From an uncultured Acidobacteriota bacterium (GTDB taxonomy: Bacteria > Actinomycetota > Acidimicrobiia > Spongiisociales > ZC4RG35), in contig CAWHEU010000022.1 of the NCBI GenBank assembly GCA_963828465.1, positions 64,001 to 128,000 of the forward strand: 64,000 nt of DNA. The letters are read 5' to 3'. The stretch's first letter is position 1, and each line of letters begins with the position of its first letter. Of the stretch, positions 28,801-37,927 are shown piece after piece. The translations under genes were made by a program, and so were the position numbers. The notes under the pieces are model-generated. The model had not been told where the DNA came from. It was given only the letters and a program-made list of their open reading frames with translations, and did not search any database.

Positions 28801-29639
28801 CCTACACCAAGATCGACGAGGCCTACCAGATCCTCGGTCTCCGCGACCAGGCCGTCCACGAGGAAAGGGCTCTTGAGATCTTCGAGGAGCTCGGCGATCT
28901 GTCCGGCATATTGCTCCTCGCCATCAACCTCGGGGTTCAGGCCTATGCCGATGGTCGCTGGGATGACGCCATCACCATGTACGCCAAGGCTCAGGAGGTG
29001 AGCCGGCGCAGCGGCAACAGCTCAGCCGAAGGTGCGGCCGCGGCCAATCTGGGCGAGGTCCTGATCAGTCGGGGAAGACTCAATGAGGCAGAGACGGTCC
29101 TGAACGAGGCGAGACGGGTGTTGCGCGGTCAGAAAGTGGTCGGGTTCGCCCTCTTCGCCGAGACCCAACTGGCGCGGCTCGTGATGGAGCGAGGCGAGAA
29201 TCAACTGGCGGCGGACGCCCTGAAACAGGTCATCGACGAGGCCAATCGCATAGGACAGCCGTTCTTCGCAGTCGATGCCGCGGTCCATCTCGCCGATGCG
29301 CTGACACGGTCAGGAGACCCAGGACGCGCTCTCGAGGTCATCGATGTCGCCAAAGATCTGGCCGGCGAGGATGCCGCCCTGTACGAAGTGCCCCTGGAAC
29401 GATTGCGGGCTGGGGCTCTAATCGCCATGGGCCGATCCGACGAGGCACTTGGTCATGTGGAGCCGGCCCTTGCGAGCGCTCGTGAGCAGCGACTCGTCTA
29501 CGAAGAAGCCCTGCTCTTATGCCTCAAGGCAGAGACAGGCACCGACAACGGCGCTGCCTTCGAGGAGGCGACCCGCCTCCTCGAAGACCTAGGAGCTTCT
29601 CCGCCTTACGTCCACCGTTTGCCATCGCCGACGTTGTAG
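25845..29639 (+). CDS. Tandem class III cyclase + AAA/STAND ATPase + TPR protein (soluble adenylyl cyclase-like)
   Basis: FVDISGFTAMSERL, KFGGDALL, YTVMGDTVNLAARLM, LIGRDQEL, GMGKSRL, DDTHWMD, GNPLFL, TPR-like tail; TAATCT 7 nt before ATG. Confidence 0.92.
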   Translation: MSASPQPYLPRMVRDWDEEAPGQLHQCLEGSMVFVDISGFTAMSERLAKHGKLGAEELTAVIAATFHELLAAAYSFGSSLLKFGGDALLLFFAGDQHALRSCAAARAMQQRLDEVGVCVTSAGKVTLRMSVGIHSGMFDFFLVGGSHRELIVSGPAASRTVEMEGAARAGQVLISPGTASAIPAANRGRPSGPGVLLRGAVDVESKPREHVESSPDELAQFVPIGLCQLLLSGEVEPEHRPATVAFLQHHGLDDVIERDGADVAAQRLDSLIRSVQEAADARAITFLATDIATNGGKIILTAGVPSTTGRDEEEMLLALRQVMSSGPDLPTSVGVNWGRVFAGEVGTPYRRTYTVMGDTVNLAARLMARAPAGEIYATSEVVTASRTTFVLSTIEPFMVKGKKLPVNAVSVGDPQGSKSQRAAGGLPLIGRDQELTLLTAAWERARAGNGQMVELAADAGMGKSRLVEEFLATTQPDRVIHTECRLYQSATPYFPFRELLSEVWGLTGLDPDASEKALFELVDTLAPELGPWLSLIGLALGLEIADSVEVSQLEDQFRPVRAMAAIGSLLEATMKDPVVFVVDDTHWMDEPSRDLLASLVLGMDRYPWMFVLTRSLGAEGFMAPESPSVTRVELHPLGLDEARNLIFSATEEAPLPPQQVEQLARQADGNPLFLVELLQALRHSGSLEEIPQSVEAMIAARIDTLPLSDRNLLRRLSVLGNGFQLEQVSAVLGMDGEIPQDQGRSVRRLSAFLNVDKSGWVDFQHSLIRDVAYDGLPYKTRERLHAQVGDATFATCRGRPEEFAEILSLHYFYAKKWSRTWRFSRMAGDRAREIYANHEAAVFYERALTSSRHLDWVTHADRADVLTAMASVLYEAGSFDRTITSLREATRLIDDDPVARADLHLSLARSYQRKGALSRALRESALGLKLVERSDLPEARRATARLRAVRAGLFADQFRPRMALQVGLKAVEEAEASGEMDALARAYTKIDEAYQILGLRDQAVHEERALEIFEELGDLSGILLLAINLGVQAYADGRWDDAITMYAKAQEVSRRSGNSSAEGAAAANLGEVLISRGRLNEAETVLNEARRVLRGQKVVGFALFAETQLARLVMERGENQLAADALKQVIDEANRIGQPFFAVDAAVHLADALTRSGDPGRALEVIDVAKDLAGEDAALYEVPLERLRAGALIAMGRSDEALGHVEPALASAREQRLVYEEALLLCLKAETGTDNGAAFEEATRLLEDLGASPPYVHRLPSPTL

Positions 29640-30934
29640 ACGATGTCGATCTTGAGGAATGTCCCCAAGGGGAAATTGGGGAGGTCGAGTAACCCGGTGA
29701 CCCGGCTGCTCGACTCGATCAGACACGAGGTGTGGCCCGTGGGCAGATAGAGGGATGTATTCACAGGAACCGATACCGTGCCGAGCGGAAGATCACCGGC
29801 TGCATTGGTTCGCGGATCCCTCTTGCACCAGGGCATGACCCTTTTACCGGCGTTGGTGTGGTCGTCGTAGCTGAGGGTGCGGTGTTGATCACTTCCCCCG
29901 GGGACGTTGGGTGGGCTGTCGAACTCCCAGGTGATCACCTCGAGGAACTGAGCCACTGATGCTCCACCGACCGGCTCGGTGATGAAATCGATGAAGAGCT
30001 CGTTGCTATCGGTGCCCGACTCGAAATTGAACAACAGACCGTCTGTGGGGCCTTTGCATCCGCCATTGGTGTCGAATCCGCGGGTGATGTTGAGTGTCGC
30101 GTCTTCACCACTTTGCGTTTCGTCCTCGCCGCAGTCGATTTCGCCATCGAAGGCGTCGACCACGCGGAAGTAGGTGTCGTCGAGGCCGCCCTTAGGCCCG
30201 GGAGGTGAGCCGTTGAAGCCGCCTTCGAGAGAAACGACGCCTTTTGCCGGCGGGACATTGGCACTCGGCTTGATGACGATCGTGTCGAAGACACCAGCAA
30301 TCTTGAACTCCTGCCAGTGTCCTGGGGGCGGATCATCAAGCGGGTCAAGCCAGAGGACCACTCGCTCGTTGTCGCTGGCGCCCGAGTCAGGCCCACAGTC
30401 GGAGGCGCCGCTGCATGGCACATTGATGGGATTGCCCACCGGTTGGCCGGAACGGAACAGCTGGAGGGTCGCTTCCCCGTTGAACTTGAAGCCGAGATCG
30501 ATCTCGGCGTAGTTCACTGCCCGGCCGTTCAATGCCCCGGTCAGGCTGAGCGTCAGGACCTGCCCAAGGTCCTTGTTGATCCGGGCGCAGGGTTCTCCGG
30601 CGCCCTCACCATTGGTCTGGCCGACACCGATTCGATGATTAAACAGGCCGGGGAACGGATTCCTGTTGGCTTGTGTGCCTGACGCGGCGAAGCTGACCAG
30701 GGAGGCGCCGGTGGATGTTAATTTGCAGCTGGGTGCGGTCAGCGTCTGGGTCTGATCCAATCCGGGCGCGGTGGGGTCGAAGACCAATCTGTCGCCGTCG
30801 GAGTCGAGATGGAGGCGCAGGACGCCAACCTCGGTTGTGATCGGACCATCTCCGAAGGCGGGCACCATGAGCAGCGAAACCGCCGCCACAACTCCCGCCG
30901 CACCAGCCAGCCACCAGCGTCGACGCCGTTTCAT
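29606..30934 (-). CDS. Secreted hypothetical protein, beta-rich, with several Cys
   Basis: RBS GGGAGG; MKRRRRWWLAGAAGVVAAVSLLMVPAFG signal peptide; 3' end overlaps the convergent cyclase. Confidence 0.72.
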   Translation of the reverse strand: MKRRRRWWLAGAAGVVAAVSLLMVPAFGDGPITTEVGVLRLHLDSDGDRLVFDPTAPGLDQTQTLTAPSCKLTSTGASLVSFAASGTQANRNPFPGLFNHRIGVGQTNGEGAGEPCARINKDLGQVLTLSLTGALNGRAVNYAEIDLGFKFNGEATLQLFRSGQPVGNPINVPCSGASDCGPDSGASDNERVVLWLDPLDDPPPGHWQEFKIAGVFDTIVIKPSANVPPAKGVVSLEGGFNGSPPGPKGGLDDTYFRVVDAFDGEIDCGEDETQSGEDATLNITRGFDTNGGCKGPTDGLLFNFESGTDSNELFIDFITEPVGGASVAQFLEVITWEFDSPPNVPGGSDQHRTLSYDDHTNAGKRVMPWCKRDPRTNAAGDLPLGTVSVPVNTSLYLPTGHTSCLIESSSRVTGLLDLPNFPLGTFLKIDIVYNVGDGKRWT

Positions 30935-31065
30935 CTTGCCTCCCATTTGCTCATGCGTGCATTGAGGGCGAGTGCGCATGACAGCCCCTGCCCCTGAGCC
31001 TCCGCCCGTTCGCAAGACCTTACCCACCGACACGCGCTTGCGTGCAAGTTCGATGGCGAGGCGCG

Positions 31066-31776
31066 ATGATGAATGACATGACAGGAGCCGAGAGCCCTGC
31101 CGAGGCCGCCGACCTCTACATCCTCCCTCTAGACCAGTTCACCGCAGCTCGAGATGCGCTGGCAGAACGACTCAAAGCAGAGGGTGATCCCGATGAGGCG
31201 AAGCGGGTAGCCAAGCTGCGCAAGCCCTCAGTGGCGGCCTGGGCTCTGAACCGGGCGGCAAGGAGCCATCCCGAACTGGTCAGCCGGCTTGTCGACGGTC
31301 ACAAGATGTTGCGGCAGGCGGGATCGAGACAGGCGGTCGAGGAGGCCTCGGTGACGCGCCGGCAGGCGGTCGCGGCTCTGACTGATGCCGCCATGAACGA
31401 GCTGGACAATGGATCACTCCAGACGCGGGACCGCGTCAATCGGACGTTGCTGGCAGTCGCCACCGATGCCGAAGGTGAGGCCGATCTCGTCACAGGCACC
31501 CTGGTCCGGGAGCTGGAGCCGTCCGGGGGCGGTTGGGGTGAGATGGAGCTGCCGCCTGTGCCGGAGCCAGATCCCGCCGAACAAGATGCTCGGGTAGCAG
31601 AGGAAGCACGTGAGCGCGCCCGTGCGCTCGAGATCGAAGCCGCCGACGCCGAATCACAGGTCGAGACCGCCAAGCAGGCCCTCGCCGAGGCGAGACGTCG
31701 AGCCAAACAGGCTCGGTCGGCTGCCGACAAAGCAGCGGGTGAGGCCCGGCAGGCGGAGAAGAAAACGGCGAGCTGA
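31066..31776 (+). CDS. Conserved actinobacterial hypothetical helical/coiled-coil protein
   Basis: LY.LPLDQFTAARDALA...VAKLRKPSVAAWALN pattern; Ala/Glu/Arg-rich tail; start uncertain. Confidence 0.78.
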   Translation: MMNDMTGAESPAEAADLYILPLDQFTAARDALAERLKAEGDPDEAKRVAKLRKPSVAAWALNRAARSHPELVSRLVDGHKMLRQAGSRQAVEEASVTRRQAVAALTDAAMNELDNGSLQTRDRVNRTLLAVATDAEGEADLVTGTLVRELEPSGGGWGEMELPPVPEPDPAEQDARVAEEARERARALEIEAADAESQVETAKQALAEARRRAKQARSAADKAAGEARQAEKKTAS

Positions 31777-31832
31777 GGCCTGGGGGTGTTCCCCGGTTGA
31801 CATTTCGGCCGGCGGTCGATACTCACATCCGG

Positions 31833-32876
31833 GTGGGACGCGTCTCCAATGAGAAGGACCTCGAGTTGGCACTCGAGGTGGTCACCGAGGGCCGTAGAGG
31901 GCTCCGCCGACTCGGGGGTGATTTCTCGCTTGAAACGGCGGGCGCCGGTGTGGCCGAGGAGGCCGAAACGGTCCGTACCCGGTCGCGTGACTGGGTGCAT
32001 GGCTCAGGTGTCCAGGGTTTGGGGATCGGAGACAAGCTCACCCACGGCGAGCCCACGGGTGAGTTGGCGCTGCGGGTCTATGTCGAGAAGAAAAAGGCAA
32101 AGGCGAAGGTCGCCAACCCGGTGCCCAAGGTCGTGGTCGTCCCCGGTGTTGGGGAGCGGATCACTGATGTCATCGAATTGGGGCGGGTTGTCCCCGAGCT
32201 GTTCACCGAGCGGGTCCGGCCCGCGATGCCGGGATCCGGTCTCGGCCACACCGCGGTCACGGTGGGCACTTTCGGCTGCCTGGTGCGCAAGAAGGGGGAC
32301 GCGACCGGCATCTACGTATTGAGCAACGCTCATGTCCTCGCCAACGAAGGTCTGGCGGCGCCGGGCGACGGGATCGTCCAGCCCGGCTCGCTCGACGGGG
32401 GCACGTCTGCCGGGGACTCATTCGCGCGCCTCACCGATTTCGTGCCATTCGAGTTCACCGATACGAGCTTCCCGAATCTTGTCGATGCCGCAATCGCCAA
32501 GGTTCGAAGGCGCACCTGGGTCGGTCCGAAGCTGCGCATCCTCGACATAGCTCCGGCCGGGGTGAGCAAGACTGTTCGCAGGGGGATGCACATCAAGAAG
32601 GTGGGACGGACCACGGATTACACCACCGGCGTCATAACCGACGTTCACCTCCGCCTTGCCCTCAAATATCACCGGCCGTCGGGCTCGGGCCGGGCTCGGG
32701 TCGGGTTCAGAGACCAGGTCCTATGCACCCGCTACAGCGCCGGTGGTGACAGCGGCTCGGTGATCTTGAACAACAACGACAGGGTCGTCGGTCTCCACTT
32801 TGCGGGCGCTACCTCGGGGAGCGTCTTCAATCGGATTACCCATGTTCTCGAATTGCTCGACATCGAGGTGGTGTGA
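31833..32876 (+). CDS. Trypsin-like (Nal1-type) serine protease, no signal peptide
   Basis: GTFGCLV, LSNAHVL (His), VDAAIA (Asp), KVGRTT..TTG, GGDSGS (Ser), VVGLHFAG; start uncertain. Confidence 0.88.
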   Translation: MGRVSNEKDLELALEVVTEGRRGLRRLGGDFSLETAGAGVAEEAETVRTRSRDWVHGSGVQGLGIGDKLTHGEPTGELALRVYVEKKKAKAKVANPVPKVVVVPGVGERITDVIELGRVVPELFTERVRPAMPGSGLGHTAVTVGTFGCLVRKKGDATGIYVLSNAHVLANEGLAAPGDGIVQPGSLDGGTSAGDSFARLTDFVPFEFTDTSFPNLVDAAIAKVRRRTWVGPKLRILDIAPAGVSKTVRRGMHIKKVGRTTDYTTGVITDVHLRLALKYHRPSGSGRARVGFRDQVLCTRYSAGGDSGSVILNNNDRVVGLHFAGATSGSVFNRITHVLELLDIEVV

Positions 32877-33175
32877 TGGCCAGCCGCAATCATGTCCAGC
32901 GCGCCATCGAGTTGTACGAAGAAGAGCTTGCCCGATACCCGAATGTGACCGGGATAGGAGTCGTCCCGGTTACCGATGGCACTGATAGCCCGGCCGACCT
33001 CGCCGTCGCGGTCTATGTCACCAAGAAGGTGCCTCGCGACGAGTTGAACGCCGGTGATCGCATACCGCGCACGCTCGAGATCCCGAGCCGTGATGGGGCC
33101 CAGAACGTTCCGACGAGGGTCATCGCGACAGGGGAGTTCGCCCTCGAGGATCAATTCGACATCGAGCCTGCATAG
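32873..33175 (+). CDS. Small protein resembling the N-terminal (pro)domain of the upstream protease
   Basis: PNVTGIGV...LAVAVYVTKK...IP...TRVIATG vs protease GVQGLGIG...LALRVYVEKK...VP...TDVIELG; start overlaps the upstream stop. Confidence 0.8.
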   Translation: MMASRNHVQRAIELYEEELARYPNVTGIGVVPVTDGTDSPADLAVAVYVTKKVPRDELNAGDRIPRTLEIPSRDGAQNVPTRVIATGEFALEDQFDIEPA

Positions 33176-33197
33176 GCATCGAGGAAGGAGGGCTGTC

Positions 33198-34160
33198 ATG
33201 CCCGACGGTAATGAGGTCGTCGACAAGGACACACCGGTATCCAGCTTCGACGTGGGGGAGGAGTCGATTTCCGACGAGGGTTCGACCGGCGAGGACGATC
33301 AGGTCGAGAAGACTCCGCGCAGCGGGTTCGAGAAGATCGAGGGCTATCGGCCCCCGACACCCCAAACTCACAGTGACTTCTCGCCGGAGTCGGTTGGGGA
33401 GGTGTTGTCGATCCCTGACGAGACCACACAACTACCCGATATCGGCGAGGCGTCGTTTGGACCGCCCGACGCCCGGGCCGAGACGGTTCACGGCGCCGAT
33501 GATCGGTTTCAGATCACCAACACTTCCGCCTACCCGTGGCGTGCCCATGCTTCCCTGCGAATCACTGCGGCGGACAACTCGGTGTGGATCGGAACCGGAT
33601 GGTTCGTGGGGCCGAGGCTGTTGGTTACCGCCGGTCACGTCGTCTACATCAAGAACAGCGGTGTCCCCGGACGTGATGGCTGGGTGCAGAAGATCGTCGT
33701 CATGCCCGGCCGAAATGGAGGGACGCTTCCGTTCGGGTCAGCGACGACCTCCAAATTCTGGTCCGTGGTGGGCTGGGCCACCGATGGCGATGGCGAGTAC
33801 GACTACGGCGCCATCGTCTTGGGCGAGTCGCTTGGCGACAGGACTGGCTGGTTGGGATTTGGCAACTGGCCAAGTCTCGATGGGGTCCACGCCAACATCT
33901 CGGGGTATCCGGGTGACAAGCCGGCGGGCACCCAGTGGTATGCGGCCAGGACGATCGACTCCGCGAGCACCCGCAAGGTGTTCTACGACATCGACACCGC
34001 CGGCGGCCAGAGTGGATCCGCCGTCTACCGGTTCGCCAACGGGTCCAGATACGGGATCGCCATCCATGCCTACGGGGGCGCCACGGTGAATTCCGGGACC
34101 CGGATCAGCCAACCGGTCTTCAACAACATCAAAGCCTGGAAGGAGGCGTCCCAGGCGTGA
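33198..34160 (+). CDS. V8/glutamyl endopeptidase-like serine protease, no signal peptide
   Basis: RBS GGAAGGAGG; VHGADDR..ITNTSAYPWR, GTGWFVG, VTAGH, DYGAI, SGYPGDK, DTAGGQSGSAV, IAIH. Confidence 0.9.
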   Translation: MPDGNEVVDKDTPVSSFDVGEESISDEGSTGEDDQVEKTPRSGFEKIEGYRPPTPQTHSDFSPESVGEVLSIPDETTQLPDIGEASFGPPDARAETVHGADDRFQITNTSAYPWRAHASLRITAADNSVWIGTGWFVGPRLLVTAGHVVYIKNSGVPGRDGWVQKIVVMPGRNGGTLPFGSATTSKFWSVVGWATDGDGEYDYGAIVLGESLGDRTGWLGFGNWPSLDGVHANISGYPGDKPAGTQWYAARTIDSASTRKVFYDIDTAGGQSGSAVYRFANGSRYGIAIHAYGGATVNSGTRISQPVFNNIKAWKEASQA

Positions 34161-34426
34161 ACGACGGAGGCACGCGGATTGACGGACGTTCCCATCTCGT
34201 CGACGACAGCCCGGTGATCGAAGCACGGGTGTTCTTCGGCACGGCTCCGGTGCCGATGCCCGACATCGCCACTCTCACCGATGAGGACGGTCGGTTCTCG
34301 CTATACGCGCCGGCCCCAGGCAACTACGAGATCGTCTGCCACGCCGATGGTCTCGACCCGGCCTCCGTTGCAGTCGACGTCGATGGAATGTCCGACAGCA
34401 TCGGGGTGGACATCGAGATGGGTTGA
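34157..34426 (+). CDS. Small carboxypeptidase-regulatory-like (prealbumin-fold) domain protein
   Basis: GTGA overlap; PVIEARV...LTDEDGRFSL..PAPGNYEI..HADG. Confidence 0.75.
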   Translation: MNDGGTRIDGRSHLVDDSPVIEARVFFGTAPVPMPDIATLTDEDGRFSLYAPAPGNYEIVCHADGLDPASVAVDVDGMSDSIGVDIEMG

Positions 34427-34451
34427 ACGCCGCAGAAACCGGTGCTGTGCC

Positions 34452-36414
34452 TCAGGCCAACCGTTCTGCCAGCCGGGTGGCGCCACGATGGGCGATTGCG
34501 CCGATGGAAATCATGGGGTTCACCCCGGATGCATTCGGGAAGCAGGACCCGTCCATCACATAGAGCCCTGCCGTGTCGTGGGCCTGGTTATCGGCGTCGA
34601 CCACCGATGTGCCCGGGTCGGAACCCATGCGCGCGCTGCACATTTGATGAAACGAGAAATAGGAGGTCTGGTTCGGGCCGTATCCGACGGCGTCGGTCCG
34701 GGCCATCAGATCCTCGATGTTGCCCTGGCCCGGAACCCATCGCACCGGCCGGATCGTCGAGGTGAACACCTCGGTCGCACCAGCCTCGGCGAGCCATTCG
34801 GCAGCCTCTTCGCACCCCTTCCCTGATATGAGAACGGTCGTAGTCAGAGATCCGGTATTTCCAGAGCGGGCTGCCGTCTCGCCGAATGGTGACACGGCCA
34901 TGATCACGGTCGCGGAGAAGGATCCCGGCCACGGCAAGGTGGCCCAGCCCGAGGATGTCGTGCTTGAACGACTCACCGTCCTCCCATCCCACGAAACCAG
35001 CGGGGAACAGAGGGTGGACGGGGGCGGTCTCGAAACGGAACCCATACCCGTGACCGTCGAGATCGGCGAACTCGTCGCTGTACCGGGTCTGCAGCCTCCC
35101 GGTCCAGGGGTCGACCCGTTCCTGAAATCGGCCCCAGAGGGCGGTCACCGGATGGATCCTGAGATATTGGCCGGCGGCGCGGCCACCGAGACCGTTCCGT
35201 AAGAGCAGGGCCGGGGTGTTGAGCGCCCCCGCTGCAAGCACCACTGTCTTGGCCCGAACCTTGAGAGTGTGGTCACCGACGCTCGCTACGACACCTGCGA
35301 CACGACTCTGATCGGTGTCGATCAGCCGCACATCGGCATCGACGACGATCCGGGCACCCCCTTCGGCTGCTTCCTGGAGATAGGTGGCGAGGGTCGATCG
35401 CTTGGCTCCAATGCGGCATCCCATGGTGCAATAGCCGCAGTCCTCGTCGGTGCAGCCGTCCACATTCCGCGGCATCTCGTCGACGTGCCATCCGAGATTA
35501 CGCAGACCCTTTTCCATGATCTGGTCGCGGGACGAGGGTGCGCCATGGTCTTGGTTGACTCCCAGTCCCTCCTGCACAGCTGTCAGCGATGCGCCGAAGC
35601 CATCACCGGTGAAGACGTCAGGGAATCCGGCGACGCGATCCCACTGCTCCCGCACCGAATCGGGGGTGGCGAACGACGTTGTGTAGTTGATCACCGTGCC
35701 CCCGCCCAGCGTGGACCCGGCCAGCATGAATACGCCGCCATCCGCGGTGGACTTGAGGCCGCCGTCTAGATACATCGAGCCATACGCATCGGACTCCAGA
35801 TGGGTGAAGTCCGACTCGTTGTGATAGCCCCCGCGCTCGAGGACGGTCACAGTCAGGCCGGCGGAGGCGAGGACTGCGGCGGCGATACCACCGCCGGCAC
35901 CGGAGCCGACGACCACGACATCGCAGTCGATGGTCCTGTCACGGTCTACGACTTCGGTGGTGATCGTCTTGGGCGTCGCCGGGGGAGGGCCATCCGGGCC
36001 CGGGTACCCCATCGCAGCCCAAGCCGTCGGCGGCCTGGCGGGGTCGTCGGTGGTGACCCACAGGAAGGCTGTCAGTGTCTTCAGCGCCCGGACCCCCTTG
36101 CGTACGATCTGCAACCGGTTGCCCTGCATGGCGAGCAGGGCGGCGGCCCGCTGGTCGGGAGCCATGTCCGTGAATTTCTTCGCCCGGCCGAAGAGCACCA
36201 GACCACCCGCCGCCGAGTCGAGTAGACCGAGGAACAGTGCGAGATCCTTTCGATCGCGCTCGTGGGGTAGTGCCTCGAAGAGATCGGGGAGCCCCGCCGA
36301 CAGCCGGAGATCGGAGCCAGGGGTGGTCCAGGCAGCCCCTTCGCCCGGGACAGCAGGAAGGAAGGTGTCGACCAACAGGTCGAAGGCGCGGCCGTTGGCC
36401 GGGCTGAGGCTCAC
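34452..36414 (-). CDS. GMC family oxidoreductase (long-chain alcohol oxidase-like), frameshift near 34806
   Basis: DVVVVGSGAGGG, GSTLGGGTVIN, CGYC..GC, HQMCSARMG, DGSCFPNASGVNPMISI; TATCTT 7 nt before GTG 36414. Confidence 0.88.
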
Positions 36415-36460
36415 CTCTCCAAAGATACCTTCACGGTCATCGGGTAGCTTTCCCGACGAG

Positions 36461-37060
36461 GTGGATCGGGATTCACTCAGGGACCGTGTGTTCATCCCCG
36501 TGGTCATCGACGCCGAGCGGGTGGTCGACGGGGAGGAGATGGTTCGGGTCACCTATTTCGCCGTCGCCACGGAAGCCCCGGCAGCAGTGTGGGAGGTGGA
36601 GCTTCCAGCGGTGGCGCAGCTCCACGGGATCGGAGCGCTCGGTCTTGCCGGCGTGATCTACAGCGCGATCCGCGAGAACCCGACTTCGGGGCCTGAAGCG
36701 GTCGAGTTCGACCTGTTCATGGATGCCGACGACGTCGCTGCCATCTTCGCCCTCGAGGAGTCGGACATGCCCCTGACGGTGCAAGTCGAGGACGTGTGGA
36801 TGCCCCGCGCCTGGTTCGACGACGAGACGATGCGGGGCGATGTCTACCGGGTAGACCTCGATCCCTTCCAGTCGGCTTATCGGTACACGTCGGGGACGAT
36901 CGGGCTGGATCACCTGACAAATGTTGACGTCACCGGGCAGGTGATCAGCTCGCCGGTGGAGACCGTGGCCTTGGCCCAGTGGTCACAGGACCAGATCGAG
37001 GCCACGAGGAGGGCCTTCCCCGACAAAGAGGTCAAGCTGAGGTGGAGAGACGATGGCTGA
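36461..37060 (+). CDS. Acidic hypothetical protein coupled to the downstream MBL hydrolase
   Basis: Non-overlapping 3' part of ORF 35930-37060; 8-nt overlap with the next gene; start inferred. Confidence 0.68.
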   Translation: MDRDSLRDRVFIPVVIDAERVVDGEEMVRVTYFAVATEAPAAVWEVELPAVAQLHGIGALGLAGVIYSAIRENPTSGPEAVEFDLFMDADDVAAIFALEESDMPLTVQVEDVWMPRAWFDDETMRGDVYRVDLDPFQSAYRYTSGTIGLDHLTNVDVTGQVISSPVETVALAQWSQDQIEATRRAFPDKEVKLRWRDDG

Positions 37061-37916
37061 GCTGGCGGTGACCATCATCGATGTCGGATGGGGCGATTCG
37101 ATCATGGTCGAGTCACGAGACGATGTCGGCGACCGTCGCTTCGGTCTGATCGACTGCAACGACTATGAGCGCCAGCGCACCGCCTTACCGTTCGTCAAGC
37201 GCTATTTCGAACGGATCGGCCGTAACTGGCAGGGGACCCAGCACAACTTCGAATGGGTCCTTCTAACCCATGGCCACGCCGACCACGCCCGTGGCCTGAA
37301 GGAGATGATGAACACTTTCGGGACCACCCATTTCTGGTACCCGAAGTCGGTCGCCTCGACCACCTACGGAGTTCTACTCGACTTCGCCAATCGGTCGAAT
37401 CGGGTACTCCATCATCAGGCTGTGGACGAGACCAAGCTCCTCGAGGCGCCGGAGGTCACCTTTCACTGCGGGATGCGCATCCTGTGGCCCAACTTCGACC
37501 AGATCGACACCAATAACGAGAACAACAACTCGGTGGTCCTGGCACTGACTCTCGGTGAGGTCACCATCGTGCTCACCGGCGACGCGGAAGCCGAGAACTG
37601 GCCGCAGATCGTGGCTCGGCTACCGGTCCAGACCACGTATCTCCAGGTGCCGCATCACGGTGGGCGCAACGGGCTCTTCGACCCCAATGACGCGACACCG
37701 TGGCTCGATCACCTCAATCCTCGCCACACGCGGTTGGTGATGAGCAGCCACGTCGTTCCCCACGGCCATCCCCATCCCGACGTGGTCACCGAGCTCTCGA
37801 ACCGCCGCTTCGTCTCCTACCGGACCGATCGCAACTATCACCTCACGCTGAGCACGACAGGTGAGAAGGTCACGGTGGGATACACCCACGTCAGCGGGCG
37901 CCTGCCTCGGGGATGA
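37053..37916 (+). CDS. Stand-alone ComEC/Rec2-type metallo-beta-lactamase fold hydrolase
   Basis: IDVGWGDS, THGHADHARG, NENNNSVV, LTGDAE, VPHHGG, HGHPH, RTD. Confidence 0.88.
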   Translation: MAELAVTIIDVGWGDSIMVESRDDVGDRRFGLIDCNDYERQRTALPFVKRYFERIGRNWQGTQHNFEWVLLTHGHADHARGLKEMMNTFGTTHFWYPKSVASTTYGVLLDFANRSNRVLHHQAVDETKLLEAPEVTFHCGMRILWPNFDQIDTNNENNNSVVLALTLGEVTIVLTGDAEAENWPQIVARLPVQTTYLQVPHHGGRNGLFDPNDATPWLDHLNPRHTRLVMSSHVVPHGHPHPDVVTELSNRRFVSYRTDRNYHLTLSTTGEKVTVGYTHVSGRLPRG

Positions 37917-37927
37917 GAGGATGACCG

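Noticed and set aside
31797-31823. Sigma-70 promoter TTGACA...GATACT for the protease operon
   Set aside because: Spacer is only 15 nt and the -10 is imperfect; not enough to call.
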